Positions 14,350 through 25,172 of a stretch of 60,417 nucleotides of DNA are shown one piece after another (the stretch's first letter is position 1; each line of letters starts with the position of its first letter). The DNA is taken from NCBI GenBank assembly GCA_010093815.1, contig ML996589.1. The stretch is one strand, 5' to 3'. The position numbers were made by a program, and so were the translations under genes. Under the pieces are notes generated by a model, which had not been told where the DNA came from, did not search any database, and saw only the letters and a list, made by a program, of their open reading frames with translations. This DNA is from Pseudovirgaria hyperparasitica. Lineage: Eukaryota.

Positions 14350-14836
14350 ATATCCTTCTTCTTTTTATGCTTCGCCCCGAAGTACTTAGCTATATATAAA
14401 TCTATAATTCCATAAGCGTTATGTTTATACGTGTATCTAATTAAATCTATATAATATTATTAATAGTCTTTATATTAGTAAACTTAAGCTCTAGTTCACT
14501 TTTATTTATACACGCGCTTATCCCTTACTTTATGGCTACTACCTTAGAGGTAGCTCCGCGGGTTATATAACCGCTATATTAACTAAGCTTATATTTAGTT
14601 CTCTTATTCTAAATTTTCTTCTCTAGTATATCTACCTTACTCTTAAGGTAAGTCATTAATTCGTATACTATCTCCTTTAGTTTAGATCCGTTCGGGTCTA
14701 GAGTGGTCCATTTTTATTAGAGCTGGTCCTATATAATCTATTCGCGTTATTATGGTTACTAATTTAGCTTCTTTAATCGCCTTTAAGGCTAAACGAGTAT
14801 TCTACTCTTAGATCTCTAGCTAACGTGTATATATAG

Positions 14837-16140
14837 ATATCTAATACTAGTTCTATTCCTAAGCCTATCTCCTCCTCTCACAAGACTCGCTCTAAAGGGA
14901 TTATCTCTACCCTAGCTATACTAGCTAAAAAATCCACTTATCGTAGTAGTGTAAAGGCGCGCTCTAAGTTAGAGAAGAAGGTAGCTAAGGCTACTACTAC
15001 TATTATTACTAACGTGGCTACTAGTCGCTCTAATCTAGGTAATCCTAGTACTAGTATTGCGGAAGAGGTGGCTATAAAGCCTACCTATACCTACTCGCGC
15101 CGCCTATCTACTCTACCTTCTTTAGAGGATAAAGAAGATCTCGTTATAGACGATAATCGAGAGTTTACGCCTTCGCCGCCTCGCTCTAAATACTATTCCT
15201 CTTTTTAGTCTAATATAGACCGACTTAGTTACTCTAGATCCTTTTAGAACCTTAATATTCGCTCTAAACCTAGCCCTAGTAATAATAAGGCCTAGGTCGC
15301 CGAAGATACTAAACGTGGTCGTGGTTTACGCCATAGGAAAACGGCGAACTACGGTTCGATATACTTTAAGTATATTAAGGCTTACGCCACTAGCTCTAAA
15401 TATCTCTTCCGCTCTAACTCTAGTATTAGCTACTACTCTACTAACCGCGACGGGCCTATATACCTAATCTTTAAGCTCCCTACCTACTACCGCCGCTATA
15501 CCATAACTAGTAAGACTTATCTATAGGTAAGTATAATAGGCTATCTTAATCTAGTATAATCTAAAGTAGTCCGTGCTAATATATTCTTAGATTCCTATAT
15601 ATATATAAGATATATATAATAACCTTCGCGTCCGCGAGACCCTTAGGGGTCCTTATAGTCGCCTATCTACTATATAGAGGGAGTTTAGAGAGCGCTATAA
15701 GCTCTTCCTAGAGGTTATTAAAGTATAAGTTATAAGTACGTTAATTATTTTTAATACCTATTAATTTTTCTAGCCGCCGCGAGATCTCTAGCGCCTAGGC
15801 TACCTATTCTAGGGAGTCTATTCTAGCTATAGAGGCCATAGAGAGGATTTACTCTATCCCCCCCCGTCTATCTCGCGCTACTAATAGATCTCTTAAGAGG
15901 TCTACTATTTCTCCCTCTAAGTCGCCTCGTAAGAGGGTATATATTCTATTCTAGATTATTCTAGACCGCGTTAGCTAACTTTAGGTCTAGTCGCTCCGCT
16001 CTAGCGCTTAGTCGTCGTCTTACTAGGCTCTAACCGAGCGCGTGGTTACTCTAGAGAATAAGGTCTCTAATCTCCGTCGCTCTATTACTCGGTTAGTTCG
16101 TTCGCTACGCTCTAAGAGTAATAATAAGATAGAGGAGTAG
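14837..16140 (+). pseudogene. Antisense spliced accessory gene of element A (~396 aa; inferred Cys-cluster plus C-terminal coiled coil)
   Basis: Leader intron 14648-14836 and coding introns 15527-15590 and 15725-15773 (last donor inferred after RIP reversal). The exons join in one frame with only RIP-type stops. The same structure is present in copy B. Confidence 0.7.
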
Positions 16141-16309
16141 CTCTATGGCTCTGTTTACTAGGGTTTTTATATGGTATATATTAGCTCTATCTACCTAGTT
16201 TCTATCCGTTTTGGTCCTTTTTGGACCGTTTAGATACCCGTCTACTAGTTTTCTAGTAATTTAATTCTTAACTTAATGATATTATGTACGTTCTTATTTA
16301 TTCTATAAC

Positions 16310-19300
16310 TATTAAATTTTAGGTTCTAATTTCCTTTAAGTTACTTAAGTATAGGCATCGTATATAAATTGGTTTATCTCTCTAAATTATATTAGAGCAC
16401 CCGAACTAGTAGCCTAGTGGTTATTAGTTCGGGTACTCTAACCTTTTATATTATATATCACGAGTTTAATTCCGTAGTAGGGTACCTTTTTAGTTTCTTA
16501 GTCCTATGTTCTTCTCATATATAATGGTCCATATTAGTCCATTCTAGACTTCTCCATGTTATTCTATTATAATATATCGCGTTGCGTGCCTATAATGGTT
16601 ATTTACGTTTTCTTCGCGTTTAGTAACCGTGTATCGCTTAAATTATAGGGCTGCCTTATAGAGTTTTCCTAGTATGCGTTTAGAATTCGTAATTCGATAC
16701 TTCGTTCTCTACGGTATCCTTCTTCTTTTTATAATAACCACGATATTACTATACTTATATTAATAATACGCTATTCTATATCTTTTACTTATACGCAGCT
16801 ATTATAGAACTTAAGATATATACCGCTAGTTCCTAGGTGTCCTCGTCCTTAGTATAGTCCTTCTAACGGATTCTATATTTCTAAACACCGTCTTTATTAA
16901 TCCTATGTTTAATAATATAGTCCACTTCGAACACGCCTAGTCTATCTTAGGGTATAATAGAGTATAACTATACGTTTATACGGCCATACACGTTAGGTCG
17001 AAATCTTTCGAGTAGTAAGACGTAGAACACGTTATAGATTCTTATATCGCTTCCTAAGTCGAGCTCGTAGGCTCTTATACTAATGTAATATTTAATTTGG
17101 AAGGGACTAGCCATTTTATAATCGAGCTTCTTATTTACTCGCGATATTTATATATTACGGACGTTAAGAAGGACCTTATCGCCCTTCTCGTACGTCTAAT
17201 CCTTAGCTAACCTATTATAGTACTTTATATACGAGTCGTTTACTTATTAGATTATAGCGCGATAGTTACGTACGGTTTCGAAGATTTTAATCGCTAATTC
17301 CTAAGCGTAGACGTTCACGTCTATTATTCGATTAAATTAGACCGTCTAAGGCTTAAAACCTATCCTTAGACTACGTCCGAGATTCGCCTAGAAAGGTATA
17401 ATACCTATCATGCTATAACGACTATTATTATATACGAACTCTACTATACTTAGTAGGGAGGCCTAGTCGTCCTACTCGAAATTATAGAATACGCGTAGAT
17501 AGGCCTTAAGCGTCTAGTTCTATCGCTCTATCTAGCCATCCGTCTAAGAATAAAATACTATAGATATATTTCTATTTATACTTACTATTTCGTAGAATAA
17601 TATCTAGAATTTAGACGTGAAGGTACTTTCTCGGTCTATAACGATCCTTTTTAGTATACTATAGACCTTAATAATCTCGTTCTAGAATACCTACGCTAGT
17701 TCTTTAGATATAATCGTCTTCTACACTAGGATATACCTAGATATCTTTATAAGTCTATCTATAATAATAAGAATAGAATTATAACTTATTCTAAGTATCT
17801 TACTTAGAGATAAGTTAACTATAAAGTCTATAGTAACGTCTTCCTATATAAAGAGGGGGGCTAAAAGAGACTATAAATTCCTATATAGCTTATGCCTAGG
17901 GGCCTTTATTCTTTAATAAATCGGATAAGTAGCTATCTATTCTTCGACGTACTTAGGTATATCTTCCTAAAAATAGTACTAATAAATTAAGCTTAGGGTA
18001 CGTATATACCTAAAGTATCCTACTAGGTTAGCGTTATGGTATCGGCTAACTATATTAAATCGCGTGTTACCCGTCGGTATATAGTACTTTCTATTATAGT
18101 AAAGTAAGCTATCTACAAAGGTCTACTTATAGTCTACTTTAGTCCGTAATAACCTATCTTACTATATTTTATATAACTTTAAAACTATTAGGTCTATCTT
18201 CTATAGATCTACGATTAACTAGGTAAGGTTAATTAGATATTCACGCTAGGCATTATCGCCCTTCCCGATAGCGCTAATAAACGGCCTACTAGGGACTTTA
18301 GTACCGCGTCTTTAGTTACCGGCTTTGGTCTTAGAGATTTAATTACTAGTATCGACGTTAGCATCTCGCTAATCACCTAATAACTTAAAATCTAACCTCG
18401 TCCTTAAGAGTTAGGCCTATAGCTACTCTAGAACCCTATAGCTACTATAATCCTAGGCGCCTTCTTTATAGTTAGGTCTTTTTAATATTCTATTAGCTAG
18501 GTTTATACTTCTAGGTCGATGGTAGATTATAAAGTAAAAGTTTATAAGCTACTTAGCCTATTAGACCTATTAACGGTTTAAAACCGTTATACTTATAAAC
18601 CCCTTTAAGTTATAGTAATTAGTTAGTAACTCGACGTTATATATAGTACCTTTAAGATAATATTACTACTATTTAAACGACTCTACTATTACTAGTAGCT
18701 CTTAGTTATAGATAGTATATCTAGTCTTAATATTAACTATTTTACGTGAGAAGAACGTAACTAGATACTATTAGACCTTTTTAGACTTAGTTAGTCTAGA
18801 CTAGGAGAGAATACCTAAGATTATAAATCCTAACGCGTCGGTTTTAACGCGGATAGATTTAGTCGGGTCGAAGTGCACTAGTAATAGGGTAGTTATAAAT
18901 ACCTCTTTGATTTTCTCGAAGGAGGCCCTTTCGCCTTCTAATAATTCTATAGGCTACGATTTAATATTATACTATTTCTATCTACTACGGACCGTAATAG
19001 ACGAATCTATAGTAGTAGTACGCGCGTTAAGCGGTGCTACTAGCCGGGAGAAATACTTAACGAATTTTTAGTAGTAATTAGCAAATCTAATAAAGACACG
19101 TATATCTCGAACCGATTTTAGTTTAGGCTAGTCTATAATAGTAGCGACCCTATCCCTTTCTATAGTTATACCTTAATTAGTAATAACGAAGCTAAGGAAG
19201 TTAACGTGGTCCTAGTGGAACTCGCATTTAGATAGCTTAATATATAGCTTATATTTTTCTAGTCTATCTAGGACTATATATACGTACTAGATATGTTCTT

Positions 19301-20460
19301 CTTCATTATTAGAGAAGATAAGGATATTATTAAGGTATACGATGCACGTCGTGTCGAGTAGGCCTACTAGCGCGTTATTAATATACGCTTAGAAGGTTCC
19401 TAGCGCGTTAGTTAGTCTAAAAGGGACTACTATATACTTAAAGTATCTATAACGGGTCCTAAACGCCGTTTTCCACTTATCGCCCTTCTTAATATATAGG
19501 CGGTAGTAGGTATCGCGTAGATCGAGCTTAGTAAAGATCTTTACGCGCCCTAGTCTATTAATAGACTTAGAGATAAGAGGTAGTAGATAACGATTCTTTC
19601 GTATAATATTATTTAGGCTATAGTAGTTAATATATAGACGGAAACTCCTATCCTTCTTCTTTATAAAGAGGATTAGAGCTCTAGCTAGGGATATACTAGG
19701 CCTAATCTATCCTTACGTAAGGTTCTTTTCGATATATTCTTAGAGAACCTATAGCTCGGGTTCTAATAGAGGGTAGATAGGTCTATATAGGGGTTATTAA
19801 CCGTCTTTAAGGTTAATAGTAAGGTCGGTAGATTAGTATTAAGGTAATTCGGACGAGTCGATTACTAACGCGATATATTAGTATATTTTATACTAATATA
19901 GTAGGTTTTCGTCTACTTTAATACTAAGCTCTCTATTTTAAGTAAGTAAGAGGACGTAGATAGCGGAGATTACCTTTTTATAGTCCTTCTAGAATTATTT
20001 ATCGTCGACTAGCTATACTAGATTCCATTATAGTAGGTATATACGCCAGCCAGCTGTTTTCTAGACAAAGTCTAGTTTCGGGTTATATTTTTCGAGCTAT
20101 AGTATACCGAGGATTATATTAAAGGGACTATCTACCACGATAAAGGTTAAGTAGTAGGGTTTCTACTTCCCCCCGCTATCCTAGATGCCGTATTTAATAG
20201 TATAGATACCCTATAATTTAATAGGACTATCGATACTATAGAAGGTAGTATCTATTAGTACTTAAATATCGACGTTAAGTTCTCGTGCTCGTTAAGTTAA
20301 TATAACGTTAGTAGCTAAACCGCTATCGAGTATTACGGTCTAATATTATCTATAAGCGACCTTAATAGGTCTAGCCTATAGTTCGATATACTATTTAGCG
20401 GATTACCCCTCTATTATAGTTATATCTATAAGTCGCGAGGGTTTCTTATAGGCTATTAGT
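16310..20460 (-). pseudogene. pol: pol of element A (protease, RT, RNase H, integrase, chromodomain)
   Basis: RT motif KGD(E)WKTAFRTRY at ~19450-19490; GPF integrase tail at ~17100; chromodomain KYRIR(W)KDYTKDEDT(W)E(P) at ~16800-16930; 3' end approximate. Confidence 0.9.
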
Positions 20461-20465
20461 TTTTT
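20459..20465 (-). promoter_or_regulatory. -1 ribosomal frameshift slippery site A AAA AAC (copy B: 41145-41151)
   Basis: The heptamer lies immediately before the gag stop in both copies. In B a 10-bp inverted repeat (41109-41118 / 41131-41140) lies a few nt downstream. Confidence 0.75.
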
Positions 20466-21345
20466 ATATTCTATACTAGGTAGTTAGACGCGATATGTCC
20501 TAGCTACTAGCACTTATAGTATATAACTAGTTAGTTAGTTATATTAGCACTTAGTAGCTTCCCTAAACGGTACTTAGGTACTATATAGTCTATTCTACCA
20601 TAGGTATAGTAAGTAACTTTAGGTCGTTTATATAAGTCGGTCCTCGTATCTTAATGTGTCGATTAGTAGGGAGATCTATAATACGATCCGCGTAGTTTTA
20701 AATTTAAGGTGTGGTAGTGGCCTTATAACGTCCCGCGAGATCTATTACTAAATCGGTTTTAGTTAGACAATTTTACGTTAGATTGGATCGTTAGGGATAG
20801 TCGTATACTAGCGCGGTATTAATTATTTATTATACGCTAGTGTCGCTCCGCGAGGTTTATAAGAGCTTAGAGGTCTATAGGGATTATCGTTATAAGGTCG
20901 AGACGGTCCTTTATATTTAGAGTAAGGGACCGTTTAAAGTCGTCGCACTATTAAATTATATAATCTTCTTCGGCTTCTCTCTAGAGGGGCTAAAGGTATT
21001 TAAGGAGTTATAATGGTAACTAATTATCTCGTTATCGAGTCTCGAAGATATAGCCCTAGGTCTAGTCGTGTCGTTTAGCTCTATCGCTAAAACATTAGAG
21101 GAGAAATTTAGTGAACGTGTCCTAGTTATAGGCATCCTTAGGATATTCGATTCGGTGTACTATCTAACGTTCTAAAGGCGTCGGGTCGAGGTAGTTCTAG
21201 GCGAATCTAATTTTATCGCTGTCGTTCGTGAATAGATAGAAGAATCGGCTACATTAGTAAGCCTATACGTAGAAACTCTTTCTACTTTTACTATTAAAGT
21301 AAGGTGGTTTCTTAGGTCGGGGTAATTAGGATAGTAGTAGACTAG

Positions 21346-21717
21346 TATGGTAAGCTATCGCTACGTATATCCCTTTTATAAATGGCTATATTCCTAGTAT
21401 AGTAGTCGCGACGAACTTACAAGTATCTCTCCTAGGTATTATAAGTTCTCTTTAAACGCACGACTTCTTATTAGTTCTCTTTTATAATAGGACGGGTCTA
21501 TATAATACTCTTAATTAATTCTTTAATAGCTAAGCCTAATAATTAATACCTATAGAGGCCTATAAATATAAGAAAAGGTCGAATAGTTAAATATTAGTAA
21601 TGGGGGGAGCGCGCCGAGCAGAATGACCAAGGAAAACGCCCTCCTTAAATATATAATAAAGCCATATAATCGAGCTAGGGATATATATATATGGGGCTGT
21701 AGGAGCGGCCTTCCACA
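21346..21717 (-). repeat. 3' LTR of element C
   Basis: Near-identical to 32414-32784; PPT GGGGAGG (minus strand) at 21722-21728. Confidence 0.95.
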
Positions 21718-21863
21718 TATACCTCCCCGGCCTATAGAACTACTACCCTTAGTAGTATAGTAACCGTGTGAGAAACCGTATAAAGAACGCCTAAAAGAAA
21801 GACCTTAATACGAATAAAATGCGCCCCTAGTAAACCTCTCGGCGCGGGTAAACCTTAGCCCGG

Positions 21864-21896
21864 ATTATTAGTTAAGGGTAGCCCTTAACTAATAAT
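21864..21896. repeat. Palindrome copy 1 (15-bp arms, 3-nt loop)
   Basis: attattagttaaggg-tag-cccttaactaataat. Confidence 0.9.
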
Positions 21897-21915
21897 TAGG
21901 TAGGTTTTTAGGCGC

Positions 21916-24849
21916 CTAATCTTAGTACTCGAGGTCGCGAGCCAGCTCCTAAAGAATCGTATCGCTTATCTTAGAGAGGTTAGATTCCTCCTCGTCGGAT
22001 AGTTCGTTAGGCCTCTCCTATCTATAGAAGTTCTCTTTAATATTATCTAGGCCCGCGTTAGACTCGAATTTCTTAAAATTAATTAGCCGCTTAGCGGCGC
22101 GCGCCTCGTTAAATTCCTTCTAGAACGACCTATCCCTATAGACTAGCCTTTCCTACCTTACTATTTTCTTAAAGGTCTCTACGAATACCCTCGAGCCCTC
22201 CTTAAACCAGGCGTCTACCTTAGCTTTAAGTTATTAAGGACTTACGTTAAGCCACGCAGCTGCTTCTTCTTTTACCTTCTAGCTATTCTATCTTTTACGG
22301 CCGACTAATACGTTACTAACGGCGTTAAAACTCGGGAGTTAAACTACGGCTAGGAAGGTAAAAGGAATCGCGCTATATTTATTAGAAAATCCCGATAGAG
22401 ACGTGGGTCCCGGAGTTAAATTCCTATAAGCTACTGCGAGTTATTCCTATATACCCATTTTAGGCACTTCTATTATTATATAATTAGGGCCAATCGTAAT
22501 ATACTATGGAAGCATCGTACGTCTTCCACCCTTTACGGGACCCTAGGCGCCGTGTATTATTAGTAGGCTAGAGATGCACACTTTAAGAGACTGGTAGGGG
22601 ACCGGGACGAAGGCACTAAATCGTTTCTTATCGTCCGTATTATAGATCTTGTCGTTAATAGCCGTGATTATACTATTTCGATTAACCCCCTCGCGGAGCT
22701 TGGCCTTCGACTACTATTTATTTAAGAACTTATAGAAGCGGGGAATGATTATAGTATAGTTATTACTTTATTCGTCGTCGAGACTAATGCTCCCCTAGAT
22801 TATATTAAACCCGTGTCTATTGCTAGGATCGAGGATTCGATTAATGGCGTTATTAAGATGCTTAAAACCCGTCTTATCGCCCCTATCCTAGGACTTCGCA
22901 TAGTACGGGTACAAGATTAGATAGTAGTTAAGATCGGGCCGAAGAGCGATATAGGTAAGCTAGTAAAGTAGGTATTACCTAATAAACTATTAGATATAGG
23001 AGTAGTATATAGTTCGTAGCCAGCCGTAGTTCGATTTCTTATTAAACATACGCTAGTGGTACTTATATATATTAAATTCATCCCTCGCGAGTTCTAGAAT
23101 ACTCTTATTAAGTATAGAGGTCGTCTTTTTAAGTGGCTCGAAGAGCCCTTTAATATTAATACTTCCGGTACATTCCTACTCGTCGAAGAGTTATCTACCT
23201 ATTCTACTATCCTCCTTCTAAATTATAAATGCGATACTAGTAAGGATGGTTTTAATATTAATGACTTGCTTCGGGGTCTCTAGGGCCTAGTAATAATAGA
23301 TACCTAATACCTCTATCGGATAAGGTAGCCGCGCGTACTTCGCGAACTAGGTATAGCGGTCCTTATAAACTTTAAGGGCCCCTATATTATCTCTAAACTT
23401 ATATACTATTTTAAGTCTCGCTACTAGGTTTAAGTGGGATACGCTAATGAGTATATTATTCTTTCTAGCCACGTCTTGGTAATGCTTATAGTAGACTTTA
23501 TACGGAATAGCTATATTACCTATCTACGCTTTCTAGCGTACTAGTAGGGCCATTCCCTTAATGCTCGTGAAATTCTTCTTTAATAATATAGCTACCTTAA
23601 AAGTCTTCGTTACTAAAGGCGCGTATTAACACTTCTTAGGCTCATCCTCTTCCTCGACCGATGCTATTATCTTAGGGTACGAACTAAGAATAACCGGGGA
23701 TTATCGTATAGGCGCCCCTAGTAATTACTAAGGGCCGGTAGATAAGGTACGTCCGTAAGTGGGTTTTATCGGCGTGGCTATAATAGGCACTAAAGAGGTT
23801 CTCGCATGGCCCGGTAAGGGACATATACTAGTAGTAGTAGAAGGAATACTTACTTCGAATGGATGACTAGCTTCAAAGAGATAATATACTACTAAACTAG
23901 AAGGCGTGCTTCGTAGAGGGGACTTCACCGCGGGCGTTACCTACGCTAGTTTTAGCGATGGTAAGGTCTAAGGCGGAGGTAATACACTTATCTCTTTAAT
24001 TTATAGGTAGTATTTAACGGGCCTATGAACTATTCTACTTATCCGTGACTATTAACTAGCGGGGATAATAAGTCCCGTCTTATTATAGAACGTTAGTTTA
24101 TTTTATTGGCTAGGGTAGTTCGAGAGTTACTAGAGAGATAGACTATCCTTATTACTATTGCTAGCTAGGGCGGTATTAATATTAGAGCTCTAAAGATATA
24201 CCTTAATTCCCCTTCCCTTCTATCTCTAGCCGATTTAGAACTATAGGGATACGTTTAACTAGTTCCTCGCTCTCGCCCATGTCCGCATTCGTAAGAGCGC
24301 TACTAGCTTTTTTATAAAGTTCTATATTTACTAGAGCTGTCCGAGGGCGGATTAGAGTAACTAGCCGTCGTTATTAGGGAGGTCTTTTCGCTAGTTTTAT
24401 AGGATTATATTTTTAGCTTTTAGAATGCGGGAGTTAGTATCTCTTCTACGACGAATTATCTCGTGGACTTCTTTTAGAATAGAGGAGTTAATCTTTACCT
24501 TACTATACCCTATTACGGCTCCTACTTCCTAGAAGAGGTTAACTATACTACTTAAGAGCTATTCTACGAGGCTAGTAATGTAAAGGAGATTATTAAACGT
24601 GTCTAGAATATAGTCCTATCGCTCTTACGGGTCCTAGATAGCGATAATTCGGTTAATAGTGGACTTATTTACTTCTATAGCTTCTGTAGCCTATCCGTGC
24701 GGAGTAGTAGATGGCCTCGATACTATAATAGCCGTTAATAGCCATGCTTTAGCACTCACGACTCTTAACTAGGACCGCGTCTATCTTATTAGTACTTAAC
24801 GATCTTATAACTCTTTACGGGTAGGCGTTTTCTTTTTCGGCGGGGCTAT
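21916..24849 (-). pseudogene. ORF3 of element C: ~978-codon protein with a C-terminal PhyH-like 2OG-Fe(II) dioxygenase domain
   Basis: One continuous frame with only RIP-type stops. Motifs: FKHL(N<D) at 22852-22860; I(Q)GSISLDDE..N(C)TIIIPRF(H)K; VPVP(C)...HGA at 22552-22554; RRTMLP(W)Y at ~22500-22524. Confidence 0.8.
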
Positions 24850-24879
24850 TATTATTATCGGTTCTATTAGCGAGTTACA

Positions 24880-25000
24880 TTCTAAGGAGAGGTAGTTTAA
24901 GCGAGGCGGAAGTGGAGGAGGAGGTTTTATTAATTAAGGAGGTATAGAGAGGTGTAAGAGGGAAGAGTTATATACTATCTTAAGTTCTCTTTTTATACCT
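24880..25000 (-). promoter_or_regulatory. Putative internal promoter of ORF3
   Basis: TATAAAAA (minus, 24990-24997) is followed by a CT-rich tract, ~140 nt upstream of the RIP-altered start codon at 24849. Confidence 0.5.
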
Positions 25001-25071
25001 CCTCGAATGCCGGGTATATAGTGATTTTTATAAATGATCCTTACTAACGGCCGTAGGCCCGTATACGTGTC

Positions 25072-25172
25072 GAATCTATGAATAAATATATACTAGGTAT
25101 ATAGGAAATCTATGAATAAATGTATCTACCGGGTATATAGCGGAATCTATAAATGAATAGATACCGGGTATA
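25072..25172. repeat. ~34-bp imperfect tandem repeat x3 between pol and ORF3
   Basis: aatctatgaataaat...taccgggtata units. Confidence 0.8.
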
